Shown here one piece after another: positions 1 through 9,735 of a stretch of 45,359 bases of DNA. The notes beneath the pieces are model-generated. The model was given only the letters and a program-made list of their open reading frames with translations, ran no database searches and was not told where the DNA came from. The stretch comes from a virus (taxonomy: Duplodnaviria > Caudoviricetes). The stretch lies in the IMG/VR virus record IMGVR_UViG_3300020044_005637, positions 1-45,359 of that record; one strand, given 5' to 3'. Numbering within the stretch: position 1 is the first letter of the stretch; each line of letters starts with the position of its first letter. Both the position numbers and the translations under genes were made by a program.

Positions 1-2
1 AA

Positions 3-152
3 CGCACGGGTCGTCTAGTGGTGTACGACGAAAAGCTGCTGGATCTGGGGTACGAGGTCGTTCAGGAAGAAGAAAAGCCGAAGAAGCCGACAGATGATGA
101 AGTGTCTATCCAAGATGACATTCAAGTCAAGCTCCACAAAGAGGCCGCATGA
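3..152 (+). CDS. 3' end of a truncated hypothetical phage protein (...RTGRLVVYDEKLLDLGYEVV...KEAA*)
   Basis: Open frame from the window edge; its TGA overlaps the next ATG (ATGA at 149-152). Confidence 0.7.
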   Translation, partial: RTGRLVVYDEKLLDLGYEVVQEEEKPKKPTDDEVSIQDDIQVKLHKEAA

Positions 153-460
153 AAGCCAAAGACGTTAAAAGAGAGGGCGGCAAGCTCATCTATCACGGCC
201 AAGAGTTCGACGGGTTTAATAAGCCAAAGAATGCGCCAGCAGGAGCGAAGCAAAAGAAGATTGTCCTCGCCAAGAAGGGCGATGAAGTCAAACTTGTGCG
301 CTTTGGATTACGTGGAATGGAAGATTTCACGCAGCATAAAGACCCAGAGCGCAGGAAAAACTACCTTGCTCGGTCAGCAGGAATCAAAAACAAAAGCGGT
401 CAGCCCACCAAGGATGATGTGTTCAGTGCAAATCACTGGGCTAGAAAGGTACTTTGGTAG
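149..460 (+). CDS. Small basic conserved viral protein (DUF5754-like)
   Basis: Motif VRFG..GMEDFTQHKD..RRKNYLAR...SANHWARKVLW recalled from a viral family; Lys/Arg-rich; coupled start. Confidence 0.6.
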   Translation: MKAKDVKREGGKLIYHGQEFDGFNKPKNAPAGAKQKKIVLAKKGDEVKLVRFGLRGMEDFTQHKDPERRKNYLARSAGIKNKSGQPTKDDVFSANHWARKVLW

Positions 461-465
461 TATAA

Positions 466-813
466 ATGGCAACATTTCAAAATGTAATGGACGATGCTCG
501 GGTATTGCTCAATGACCAGATCACTGACTTAAACCCAGACCCTCGATATACGGAGGCCCAGTTGATGAGCTACGCTCGCTCGGCGTTAATCGAGGCTCGC
601 CGAGTCAGGCCAGATCTGTTCTTGTCGAACCTGACCACGTCGTTTGCTGCTTACACAGCGGCATCCACGATTCCAATCTCTGACGACTACCTACTTTCAA
701 TGGTGGACTATGTTGTCCATAGAGCGGAGTTGAGAGATGACGAGTTTGCGGTGGATGGCCGGTCTTCCGCCCTGTACCAGAAATATAAGGCCAGCTTGCT
801 GGGGATTACATGA
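466..813 (+). CDS. Putative head-tail adaptor/head completion protein
   Basis: Helical pattern (RVLLND...RYTEAQLMSY; DDYLLSMVDYVVHRA) typical of adaptor proteins; position in the structural operon. Confidence 0.55.
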   Translation: MATFQNVMDDARVLLNDQITDLNPDPRYTEAQLMSYARSALIEARRVRPDLFLSNLTTSFAAYTAASTIPISDDYLLSMVDYVVHRAELRDDEFAVDGRSSALYQKYKASLLGIT

Positions 814-1460
814 AGACACTTGAATCATTCCTGCCAGAGATTCTTCCAGATGTTCCCGGCTGTCCCTCGGACATGGCAATCCGTGCCCTGAGAAACACGA
901 TCATCGAGTTCTGCGAGAAAAGCCTGATCCATCAGGACACGCTCGATCCTATTACCGTCTATGAGAATGTGACAGATTACGATCTGGAGCCGCCCAAGAA
1001 CTACCGCATTCAGAAGATCATGAAGGCATGGTATCTTGGTCAAGAGCTTTCGCCATTGGCTCCGGACGACATTGGCCTTCCAGATGCCTATAGAACCAGC
1101 ATCTCTGGCTACACAGCCAGCAAAGGCCCACCTGCCGCATACACCCAGAAGGACGTTGACACCTTTACCATCCTGCCAATACCGGATCAGAAGTATGCCA
1201 ACGCTATTACAATGAGAGTGGCGCTTGTTCCCTTGAGAACAGTGACAGAGGTCGCAGACTTTCTGTTTGAAATCTGGGGAGAGACACTTGGATTTGGCAC
1301 AAAAGCAAGGCTCATGCTTACCCCGGGTAAACCTTATTCAAATGCCGAGTCTGCAAACTTCAATCAGGTGCGATACACAGTTGGCCTGAATGATGCAAGA
1401 CAACGTGCTGCTCGTGGCAATGTGAGATCAGATTTGCGAGTAAAGTTGAGGACACCATGA
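810..1460 (+). CDS. Putative adaptor/tail tubular protein A
   Basis: FLPEILPDVPGCP...IIEFCEKS N-terminus and ARLMLTPGKPYSN C-terminus recalled from podophage adaptor proteins; ATGA coupling. Confidence 0.6.
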   Translation: MKTLESFLPEILPDVPGCPSDMAIRALRNTIIEFCEKSLIHQDTLDPITVYENVTDYDLEPPKNYRIQKIMKAWYLGQELSPLAPDDIGLPDAYRTSISGYTASKGPPAAYTQKDVDTFTILPIPDQKYANAITMRVALVPLRTVTEVADFLFEIWGETLGFGTKARLMLTPGKPYSNAESANFNQVRYTVGLNDARQRAARGNVRSDLRVKLRTP

Positions 1461-1789
1461 CAGACAAAATCAAACTCGTTCAAGGCGACACTCGACCAGC
1501 AATTGTCTGCACAATCACTGATGAGACAACTGGTGATCCAGTTAACATCACTGGCGCAACTGTTGTCTTAAAGTTTCGTCCAACTGGTAGTACAACTCTT
1601 CAAGCAACAGTCACTGGCACTGTGACATCAGGCTCTGCTGGGCAGGTTGCTTTCTACCCAGCTTCTACTCCAGCCATGCTGACAGGGGATGCAGGAGATT
1701 ACGAAGGCGAGATTGAGATCACATTCGCTGATGGTCAGATTCAAACTGTCTACGACTTGTTGAAATTCAAGATCCGTGAGGATTTCTAA
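1457..1789 (+). CDS. BppU-like Ig-fold virion protein
   Basis: QGDTRP...DPVNITGATV...GDYEGEIEITFADG.IQTV pattern. Confidence 0.6.
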   Translation: MTDKIKLVQGDTRPAIVCTITDETTGDPVNITGATVVLKFRPTGSTTLQATVTGTVTSGSAGQVAFYPASTPAMLTGDAGDYEGEIEITFADGQIQTVYDLLKFKIREDF

Positions 1790-2542
1790 ATGTCTGGAAA
1801 GGTATCGGCATCTGTTCAGAATGCCAAGCCTAGATTAAGCGTCACGCTAGTTGATGCTGTTGTTGAGTCTGAGCGTGTCCTAGCGAAAGCGGACATATCA
1901 AAGATAACTCCAGTCATCACACGGTCGCAGGTCATCCCAACAGCGGCAGTGGCCTACACGATTCCTGCGGCTGAGATTGCATACATCAGTTTGTTTCTGG
2001 ATGTAGAGATAGATAACACGGGGCTGTATAAGTACATACCAGAATCTGTCGTACTGGTGGATGGAAATGTAATTTCATTTACCAAATCTCCAACAGAGAC
2101 AATCTCCCTTGAAGATTCACAGATAAGAGATACCTCTTTAGGTAAGTCTGAGACAGTATCGTTGTCAGATTTTCTCAGCACGTTACTGATATTTGTTCGG
2201 TTGTTTGAAGAGACAATCTCACTATCTGATGCGGCAAGAAGATCATTCAATAAAAACAATGCCGACAGTGTGGCAACCAGTGAGACTTTGGCGTTTACGT
2301 TTCAAAAGTATCTTGCTGATTCGTTTGCGCTAAACGATTTGTCGGATGTAAATGGAACAACGATTTCATTCAGTGACTTCACAAACAATGTCGTGTCCTC
2401 TTCTGACCTGATATTGTTGTTGAGCAGCAAAACAATTCAAGATTCCGTAACGTCGTCTGACAGCGGGTATCTGTTCTCTCAAAGCTATTGTGACCTGACA
2501 TACTTTGCAGAAGATTACGTCGGCGAATACAGAACTTTTTAA
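1790..2542 (+). CDS. Virion structural protein with E/D-T/S-V/I-S-L-S-D repeats
   Basis: Repeated ETISLED/ETVSLSD/ETISLSD units; C-terminal YFAEDYVG motif. Confidence 0.55.
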   Translation: MSGKVSASVQNAKPRLSVTLVDAVVESERVLAKADISKITPVITRSQVIPTAAVAYTIPAAEIAYISLFLDVEIDNTGLYKYIPESVVLVDGNVISFTKSPTETISLEDSQIRDTSLGKSETVSLSDFLSTLLIFVRLFEETISLSDAARRSFNKNNADSVATSETLAFTFQKYLADSFALNDLSDVNGTTISFSDFTNNVVSSSDLILLLSSKTIQDSVTSSDSGYLFSQSYCDLTYFAEDYVGEYRTF

Positions 2543-2554
2543 CAAGGAAGAAAC

Positions 2555-3001
2555 ATGTTTGATGAATCATTAAAAATCACAGGATCTTTGAAGATTGATG
2601 TCTTTGGTTCTGATGGCATCCTAAAAGACAGCCGTGAAGTAAAGAACTTAGTTGTCACATCCGGTAAGACATTCATTGCTTCACGTATGGTTGGAACGGC
2701 CAGCAACGTGATGAGCCATATGGAGCTAGGAACTGGAACGACTGCGGCTGCTGTTGGCGACACGACACTCGGATCTGTCATTTCTGCTTCACGCACAGCA
2801 TTAACTAGCGGAACAAGTTCTACTAACGTTGTGACATATGTGGCAACCTTCCCCGCCGGAACAGGCACTGGCGCAGTAACAGAGGCAGGTATATTCAATG
2901 CCTCTTCTGGTGGAACAATGCTCTGCCGCACTGTATTCTCTGTTGTCAACAAGGGTGCTGATGATGCAATGAGCATCACTTGGACTATCACCGTATCCTA
3001 A
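2555..3001 (+). CDS. Tail/fibre-associated structural protein
   Basis: KNLVVTSG...GTGAVTEAGIFNA..GGTMLCRTVF motif typical of phage tail proteins; RBS AAGGAAG. Confidence 0.65.
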   Translation: MFDESLKITGSLKIDVFGSDGILKDSREVKNLVVTSGKTFIASRMVGTASNVMSHMELGTGTTAAAVGDTTLGSVISASRTALTSGTSSTNVVTYVATFPAGTGTGAVTEAGIFNASSGGTMLCRTVFSVVNKGADDAMSITWTITVS

Positions 3002-3013
3002 TTGGGGTAGTAA

Positions 3014-3766
3014 ATGTCAACAATCGTCCTTCGCTCGGTTAAAGGATCTCCGTTAACCAATACGGAGGTCGATACCAACTTCAGTAATCTCAATACAGAC
3101 AAGATTGAGACCATCACATCAACAGATGGATCTGTTGCGATTACATCTGCTGGAGCTACTCGTGACCTGAGCGTATCTGTCGCTTCTGCCACAACAAACG
3201 TAATCTGTCAGGTCAAGAACATGACAGGGGCGACAATCACCAAAGGCACGGCTGTTTATATCTCAGGCGCAAATGGGCAGACTCCAACAATCACCAAGGC
3301 GCAGGCTGACATCGATGCCACATCAGCTCAGACGCTTGGACTCATCACAGCAGATATTGCAAACAACGCAACAGGCTATGTAACGATCATTGGCTTGATC
3401 GAAAACATAAACACATTTGGGTATACGGATGGTCAGCAACTCTATCTAAGCCCAACCACTGCCGGAACTTTGACGGCTACCAAACCTTATGGCGGAGATC
3501 ATTTAGTTTATGTAGCTGTTGTAGAACATGCTCACCCAACTCAAGGAAAGTTGTTTGTCAAGGTGCAGAACGGCTACGAGATGGACGAGTTGCACAATGT
3601 TTCTGCTCAATCTCCTATAAATGGAGAGATGCTCGTTTACAGTACAAGTGCAACCTTGTGGCAGAAGGTTTCTGCATCTAGCTCAACAGTGATTGCTGCC
3701 GCACAAGCAAACCTACAAGTCGACCCAGCAGGCACAGCCGTTGCTCTTGCAATTGCACTAGGATAA
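3014..3766 (+). CDS. Tail fibre-like protein
   Basis: KGSPLTNTEVDTNF N-terminal motif; Thr/Ala-rich; ends ALAIALG. Confidence 0.6.
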   Translation: MSTIVLRSVKGSPLTNTEVDTNFSNLNTDKIETITSTDGSVAITSAGATRDLSVSVASATTNVICQVKNMTGATITKGTAVYISGANGQTPTITKAQADIDATSAQTLGLITADIANNATGYVTIIGLIENINTFGYTDGQQLYLSPTTAGTLTATKPYGGDHLVYVAVVEHAHPTQGKLFVKVQNGYEMDELHNVSAQSPINGEMLVYSTSATLWQKVSASSSTVIAAAQANLQVDPAGTAVALAIALG

Positions 3767-3769
3767 AAC

Positions 3770-4096
3770 ATGGCAAATACATTCACATCGTACGCAAACA
3801 AATCTGTCGGGACATCGGCAGCAACTGTTGTAACCATTGGCGCATCAACACAGACAACCATTATTGGCATGTCTTGCGCCAACACAACCTCCAGCCCAGT
3901 GACTGTCGATGTGTACTTTACAAGGTCTGCGGTAGATTACTATTTGGTTGATGGAGCTACCGTCCCCGTAGGTGGTGCGCTAGTTGTTGTAGGCGGAGAT
4001 CAAAAAGTAGTTCTGATAACTGGTGATGTATTGAAGGTAGTTTCCTCTGCCGCAACATCTGTCGATGTCGTAACATCTGTTCTGAATATCACATGA
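3770..4096 (+). CDS. Small virion/tail-associated protein
   Basis: MANTF... beta-rich family that typically follows AIALG-ending genes; RBS AGGA. Confidence 0.55.
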   Translation: MANTFTSYANKSVGTSAATVVTIGASTQTTIIGMSCANTTSSPVTVDVYFTRSAVDYYLVDGATVPVGGALVVVGGDQKVVLITGDVLKVVSSAATSVDVVTSVLNIT

Positions 4097-4962
4097 GCTA
4101 CATAGGTAACACCAACACTACACAGGGGTTTACACCGGCTGTAGATTTCTTCAGTGGAAATGCCTCGACCACAGCATTTACGTTATCTCGCCCAGTAGCT
4201 TCTGTAGCTCAGGTGCAGGCCGTTATCTCCAACGTACCTCAAGCACCGAACGCCGCATTCACAGTGAGTGGCAACACCATCACATTTACTTCTGCCCCAC
4301 CCAGTGGGACAAACAACATTTATGTGTACTACACAAGCCCGATCACTCAAGTGATTGCACCGGGTCAGGGTACGGTTGGGTTAACTCAATTATCAGCAAC
4401 AGGAACACCAAGCTCATCAAACTTTTTGTGTGGAAACAACACTTGGTCTTCGCTTAGCTCAACAAATCTACCATCTGGAACTGTGTTGCAAGTACGAGTA
4501 AATCAAGTGATCGGAAGAGCGACTGGTGCAAATACATTTACTTACACAACAAGTGCTTTAGGCTCGCCATCTTCTACAACAGGCAGCAAATATTTAGAAG
4601 TCGCATCTTTTGCACCAATATCAGCAACGTCCTTAATTGTTATTCAAGTTTATTCTTGCATATCTGAAGCAACTAACACATCAACTTTTGCAGGTGGTGC
4701 GATTTGGAAAAATAACACAGGCGCACCTTTATCCGTTGCCTACAACATAAATTTTACTGTTCCAATAGCTGTAGCTGGGGCTACTACTCAGGGTAATTTC
4801 AGTATGACTTACTCAGAAACAGCAGGGTCAACAACTGCTAGAACCTATAGCTGGTACGCTGGGGTTGACGGTGGGCCAAGTGTAATTAACTCTATTGGTA
4901 CTGACACCAGCTTTGGTGGACAGATGAGTTCAATTATGACGGTTACGGAGATTGCCGCATGA
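4093..4962 (+). CDS. Modular tail fibre/receptor-binding protein (MSYIGN N-domain plus EIAA C-domain)
   Basis: N-terminal part is paralogous to 5463-5849; C-terminal part is paralogous to 4996-5466. Confidence 0.6.
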   Translation: MSYIGNTNTTQGFTPAVDFFSGNASTTAFTLSRPVASVAQVQAVISNVPQAPNAAFTVSGNTITFTSAPPSGTNNIYVYYTSPITQVIAPGQGTVGLTQLSATGTPSSSNFLCGNNTWSSLSSTNLPSGTVLQVRVNQVIGRATGANTFTYTTSALGSPSSTTGSKYLEVASFAPISATSLIVIQVYSCISEATNTSTFAGGAIWKNNTGAPLSVAYNINFTVPIAVAGATTQGNFSMTYSETAGSTTARTYSWYAGVDGGPSVINSIGTDTSFGGQMSSIMTVTEIAA

Positions 4963-4995
4963 TTAGCCATAAAAACAAATATCAGGGGTGCAGCC

Positions 4996-5466
4996 ATGCC
5001 AATAAGCACAATTGATTCGACAGGTATAGCAGCAGCGGGTATAGCGCGGTCTAATATGTACACGGGCGCAATACTGCAAGTTGTAAGCGCCACTTACAAC
5101 ACTGTAACCAGCACAACTTCTACTAGCTTTGTTACATCAAATTTAGCAGCCAGCATTACGCCAACTTCTTCAACAAGTAAAGTTTTAATAATTTTATCAA
5201 CCACAGTTGCGACACTCAACGGAACCACAGGCATACCTGTAACTATATATCGTGGAGGAACTAATGTGGCTGGAGGAACAACACCAATTACTGATTTGGT
5301 TACAAGTGGCAATAATTGGTCGATGAGTTTTAATTACTTAGATTCTCCAGCAACTACTTCGTCAACAACTTATACTTTATATTTTAGAAGTAGTAACGGC
5401 ACTATTGTTTATGCAAACGTTACTGGATATACACCCTCTTTGGTTTTAATGGAGATTGCTGCATGA
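4996..5466 (+). CDS. Tail fibre tip-like module (GAILQVV...EIAA)
   Basis: ITPTSSTSKVLI and LDSPATTSSTTY motifs. Confidence 0.6.
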   Translation: MPISTIDSTGIAAAGIARSNMYTGAILQVVSATYNTVTSTTSTSFVTSNLAASITPTSSTSKVLIILSTTVATLNGTTGIPVTIYRGGTNVAGGTTPITDLVTSGNNWSMSFNYLDSPATTSSTTYTLYFRSSNGTIVYANVTGYTPSLVLMEIAA

Positions 5467-5849
5467 GCTACATCGGTAATCAACCCATCAGTGCTGCATT
5501 CCTTACTGACACTTTCAGCGGGACAGGCTCGGCCACAGCGTTCACTATGACGCTCGCCCCTGCGTCCACAACGTCCCTGCTTGTGGTTGTGACTGGTGTT
5601 GTCCAAGACCCATCAACGTACACAGTGTCAGGGAAAGCCCTTACATTTTCAGCAGCTCCGCCTAGTGGGACAAGCAACATATCTGTTCGCTATCTTGGCG
5701 TACAAACTATCGTAAATCCCATAAATTACAGGTTCCCCTTTTATACTTACACAGGTTCATCCTCACCGATAGCCTTGCCAAATAACCAGTACCTAACGTT
5801 TTATACGCTCACAGGTACTTCCAGCAACATTTCATTGGTGTCATCATAA
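5463..5849 (+). CDS. Tail-associated module (MSYIGN family)
   Basis: Paralog of the 4093 N-terminus: FSG...TAFT...APPSGT.NI.V.Y. Confidence 0.6.
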   Translation: MSYIGNQPISAAFLTDTFSGTGSATAFTMTLAPASTTSLLVVVTGVVQDPSTYTVSGKALTFSAAPPSGTSNISVRYLGVQTIVNPINYRFPFYTYTGSSSPIALPNNQYLTFYTLTGTSSNISLVSS

Positions 5850-6253
5850 TGGTCAGAATCGTTAAATCAATCTACAGTGGAGCCTCTGTAACTTCGTTGG
5901 GTGAGACTACCAACACAGATACATTAGATGGCCCACTCGCTGCAACGGTAACCACATTGACAGATGCAGCCACTATTGCTGTGGATATGTCCTTGTCCAA
6001 TAATTTCACTATTACCTTGGGCGGGAATAGAACACTAGGCAACCCAACAGGTTTGGTGGTCGGGCAGTCTGGATCTATCTTTATTAACCAAGACGGAACA
6101 GGCTCACGAACGCTAGCGTACAGTTCGTACTGGGATTTTCCGGGCGGGACAGCTCCTGCGTTATCCACCGCAGCCGGTGCATCAGACCGCATTGATTACA
6201 TTGTCCGCACATCTACCGCCATCCATGCTGTGTTTACAGCCGCCTACGCATGA
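5849..6253 (+). CDS. Tail-associated beta-sandwich protein
   Basis: TLGGNRTLGNPT...GQSGSIFINQDGTGSRTL motif common in phage tail genes. Confidence 0.6.
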   Translation: MVRIVKSIYSGASVTSLGETTNTDTLDGPLAATVTTLTDAATIAVDMSLSNNFTITLGGNRTLGNPTGLVVGQSGSIFINQDGTGSRTLAYSSYWDFPGGTAPALSTAAGASDRIDYIVRTSTAIHAVFTAAYA

Positions 6254-8664
6254 GCTTACTTAACAACGCAATTATTGGCGCAGCAGGTCAGCAAGGCTAC
6301 AAGATTAGCCGTAGTGTGCGTCTGCGTTCAAGTGCATCTGCATATTTCAACAGGACACCTGCAACTACAACCAATCGCAGAACATGGACGGTTAGCTTTT
6401 GGATTAAAAGAGGAAAATTATTTACAGGAACAGAGCAAGCAATTTTTGGTTCAAACAATGGAACGACTTATACAGAATTAAATTATTTTGCTTCTTCTGA
6501 TGTGTTAAGAGTAAATTTGGCCGCTGGTTCTGCTACTTATACTTTTGATACGACTGCTGTGTTTCGTGACCCCTCTGCTTGGTATCATGTTGTTCTTGCG
6601 GTTGACACAACACAAGCCACATCAACAGATAGAATAAAAATTTATATAAATGGTGTACAGCAAGTAGGTACAAATACACCACCTACTTTAAATTACGATA
6701 CTCAATGGAATGTGGCGCAAGCTGCATTTATTGGTTCAAGGACTGCCAGCACTTGGTTTACTGATTGTTATTTAACTGATTTTTATAACATTGACGGTCA
6801 AGCCCTGACACCATCATCGTTTGGTCAAACAAACTCTGTCACAGGCGTATGGCAACCTATCAAATACGGTGGTACATACGGCACTAACGGCTTCTATCTG
6901 AACTTCTCAGACAACAGCGCAGCCACCGCAGCGGCCATCGGCAAGGACAGCTCGGGCAACGGCAACAACTGGACACCCAACAACATCAGCGTGACTGCTG
7001 GTGCAACGTATGACTCAATGTTGGATGTGCCGACACTGTATGCTGATGGTGGGAATGGGCGAGGTAATTATGCGGTGATGAACCCATTGGATGCCTATGC
7101 GGGTGCTTTTACATTTGCTGATGGCAATCTAAAAGTCACATTTAACAGTGGAACATGGAGGACTTGCATTGCGTCTATGCGAGTGTCTTCTGGAAAGTGG
7201 TATTGGGAATCAACATTCACCTCAATTTCTGGCGCTGGTGGTTATTCGGTTGGCGTTGGCAATGAATCCACTGCTACAGCAAATAACCCATTCACTGTTG
7301 GTAATGGTGCTTTCATGTATGAAGGCATTCAAGGTTTTGTTTACAACAATGGAACACAAGTAGCGACTGTAGCAACGGCAACTACAAACGATGTCATGGG
7401 ATGTGCATTAGATGCTGATGCAAAGACACTTGCAATCTATAAAAATAATTCCTTGCTTTACACCATTACTGGATTAACTGGAAGTCTGTTTGTTCCCATT
7501 TTGGCAGATAGTGCAGTTGGTGCTGCTCATACAACTATCAACTTCGGTCAACGCCCATTCAGCTACACCCCACCCACAGGCTTTGTTGCACTGAACACCC
7601 AGAACCTACCAACGCCAACTATTAGCAATGGCGCTAATCACATGGCGGCTACGACTTACGCTGGGTCAGCATCAGAACAAGTCATAAATTCAAATTTAAC
7701 TTCATTAAATTTTGCGTGGATTAAAGATAGAACTTCTGCTCGTTCTCATGTTTTTGTTGATACAGTCCGTGGCGGCTCTCCAATGCTTACGCTGTATTCT
7801 GACTTAACAGCCGTAGAAGACAATATATCGCCAAATTACAACCCAACATCTATAAGTGGAAGCAGTATTACACTTGCTGGCGCAAAACTTGGAATCAACA
7901 ACTCTGGCGAAAACTATGTAATGTGGGGTTGGTCTGCTGGTTCAAGCAATGTCACCAACACATCTGGCTCTATCACATCAACTGTAAGCGTGAATGCTTC
8001 TGCTGGATTTAGCGTGGTGGGGTATACAGGAACAGCAGCAAATGCCACTATTGGTCATGGTTTGGGCGTGGCCCCAAAAATGATTATTGTAAAAAATAGA
8101 CAAACGGCTACAAATTGGCCTGTTTATCATTCAAGTATTGGACAAGGAAATTATTTATATTTAAATACAACCCTTGTGTCCACGGCTGACACAACCATGT
8201 GGAACAACACCGCCCCAACATCATCAGTCTTTAGTTTGGGGACTAATGGTCAGTCTAATAACTCAGCAAACACTTATGTTGCTTATTGTTTTTCAGAGGT
8301 AGCTGGCTATTCCAAATTTGGCACATGGACAAATAATAATTCCACCGACGGAACATTTATTTATTTGGGATTCCGGCCACGTTGTATTCTGTTAAAGAAT
8401 ACAGATAATGTGGAATGTTGGTACTCTTGGGACTCTAGCAGGCAAACATACAATATGCAGCCGCCATCTAGTAACTGGTTAAGCCCAAATTTTGCATATG
8501 CAGAAGCTGCAAATAATGCAGGTACAGCGGAAATAGACGGTTTATCTAACGGTTTCAAAATTAGAACAACAAACCCAGCCGCAGGAGAGGTTTCGTTTGG
8601 TACTCGTACCTACATCTACGCTGCGTTTGCCGAAAACCCATTCAAAAACGCTTTAGCGAGGTAA
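6250..8664 (+). CDS. Concanavalin A/LamG + SPRY-like lectin-domain receptor-binding protein
   Basis: WTVSFWIKR, RDPSAWYHVVLAVDT (LamG-like); SSGKWYWE, MGCALDAD (SPRY-like); HGLGVAPKMIIVK; ends YAAFAENPFK. Confidence 0.8.
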   Translation: MSLLNNAIIGAAGQQGYKISRSVRLRSSASAYFNRTPATTTNRRTWTVSFWIKRGKLFTGTEQAIFGSNNGTTYTELNYFASSDVLRVNLAAGSATYTFDTTAVFRDPSAWYHVVLAVDTTQATSTDRIKIYINGVQQVGTNTPPTLNYDTQWNVAQAAFIGSRTASTWFTDCYLTDFYNIDGQALTPSSFGQTNSVTGVWQPIKYGGTYGTNGFYLNFSDNSAATAAAIGKDSSGNGNNWTPNNISVTAGATYDSMLDVPTLYADGGNGRGNYAVMNPLDAYAGAFTFADGNLKVTFNSGTWRTCIASMRVSSGKWYWESTFTSISGAGGYSVGVGNESTATANNPFTVGNGAFMYEGIQGFVYNNGTQVATVATATTNDVMGCALDADAKTLAIYKNNSLLYTITGLTGSLFVPILADSAVGAAHTTINFGQRPFSYTPPTGFVALNTQNLPTPTISNGANHMAATTYAGSASEQVINSNLTSLNFAWIKDRTSARSHVFVDTVRGGSPMLTLYSDLTAVEDNISPNYNPTSISGSSITLAGAKLGINNSGENYVMWGWSAGSSNVTNTSGSITSTVSVNASAGFSVVGYTGTAANATIGHGLGVAPKMIIVKNRQTATNWPVYHSSIGQGNYLYLNTTLVSTADTTMWNNTAPTSSVFSLGTNGQSNNSANTYVAYCFSEVAGYSKFGTWTNNNSTDGTFIYLGFRPRCILLKNTDNVECWYSWDSSRQTYNMQPPSSNWLSPNFAYAEAANNAGTAEIDGLSNGFKIRTTNPAAGEVSFGTRTYIYAAFAENPFKNALAR

Positions 8665-8667
8665 CCC

Positions 8668-9111
8668 ATGTTTTTACTCAACGGCAACCCATTACCAATA
8701 GACACACCCTTTGAAACAGAGGGTGTTCGTTATCCAGCCAACTGGCTACGCCTGTCTTCCGCTCAAGAGAAGAGTGCTATTGGAATTGCGGAGGTGGCAG
8801 ACCCAGAGCCATACGATGATCGCTTTTACTGGGGACATGACAATCCAAAAGATTTAAGTATTCTCAAGTCATTATGGACATCACAAGTCAAAGATACCGC
8901 CGGTAAATTATTGGCGGCATCTGACTGGATGGTTATCCGCAAGATTGAAAGAAACGTCGATCTGCCAGCATTTACTGTGACTTACCGTGCAGCAGTTGTG
9001 ACAGAGACGAACAGATTGGAAACAGATATTGCAGCTTGTGCTGATGTTCCAGCACTGATTGCTGTAGTTTCTACACAGGCTTGGCCGGAGGTGAATAATG
9101 GCATTAACTAA
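8668..9111 (+). CDS. Tail fibre assembly/chaperone-like protein
   Basis: YPANWLRL and LLAASDWMVIR...YRAAV motifs; follows the lectin gene. Confidence 0.55.
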   Translation: MFLLNGNPLPIDTPFETEGVRYPANWLRLSSAQEKSAIGIAEVADPEPYDDRFYWGHDNPKDLSILKSLWTSQVKDTAGKLLAASDWMVIRKIERNVDLPAFTVTYRAAVVTETNRLETDIAACADVPALIAVVSTQAWPEVNNGIN

Positions 9112-9307
9112 AGTAGCTTCTTCAATGGTTGGCGATGGCAGCGGACAAGCATTTAATCCGTCAGTCCCAATTTATGAAAACACCAAAGTAGTGGCTATCA
9201 GCTATACCATCACGGCTGGATCATGTGCCCACTCTGTTGGGCCGATCACACTGAATGCTGGTGTCACAGTAACTATTCCAGCGGGATCACGCTGGGTTGT
9301 TCTTTAA
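9098..9307 (+). CDS. Small tail-associated protein
   Basis: SVGPITLNAGVTVTIPAGSRWVVL motif; RBS GGAGGTG. Confidence 0.6.
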   Translation: MALTKVASSMVGDGSGQAFNPSVPIYENTKVVAISYTITAGSCAHSVGPITLNAGVTVTIPAGSRWVVL

Positions 9308-9316
9308 GGAATTGAA

Positions 9317-9727
9317 ATGGCTGGATTTGCTTTAGCAGGAGATACATCAGGGCAGATTGCATTAAATGCTCCTGCCGTTGCGGGTACAAACACAGCAACG
9401 CTACCAGCGGCTACTGGCGAGCTTTCTATGCTCGGAGGTAGCGGTCAAACTTGGCAAGATGTTACTGCAAGCAGGGCTGGCGGTACAACATATACAAACT
9501 CTACCGGAAAGCCAATCCTTGTCATAATTACAGTAGTTAACAATGCGTCATTTCAAACGGATTACACTGTAACAGTTGCTGGGGTTGTGTTATTAAGATC
9601 GTATGTTCTTACCGCAGCTCAACAGACAAGTGCCTATATGCCATCAACCGTTATTGTGCCAAATGGGTCAACCTATTTATTAACAATTACAACAGGCACA
9701 CTCAACAAGTGGGTCGAACTTCGTTAA
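9317..9727 (+). CDS. Tail fibre tip module
   Basis: GQTWQDVTASRA.GTTYTNSTGKPI...WVELR is a recognisable phage fibre C-terminal motif. Confidence 0.65.
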   Translation: MAGFALAGDTSGQIALNAPAVAGTNTATLPAATGELSMLGGSGQTWQDVTASRAGGTTYTNSTGKPILVIITVVNNASFQTDYTVTVAGVVLLRSYVLTAAQQTSAYMPSTVIVPNGSTYLLTITTGTLNKWVELR

Positions 9728-9735
9728 GGATAATC

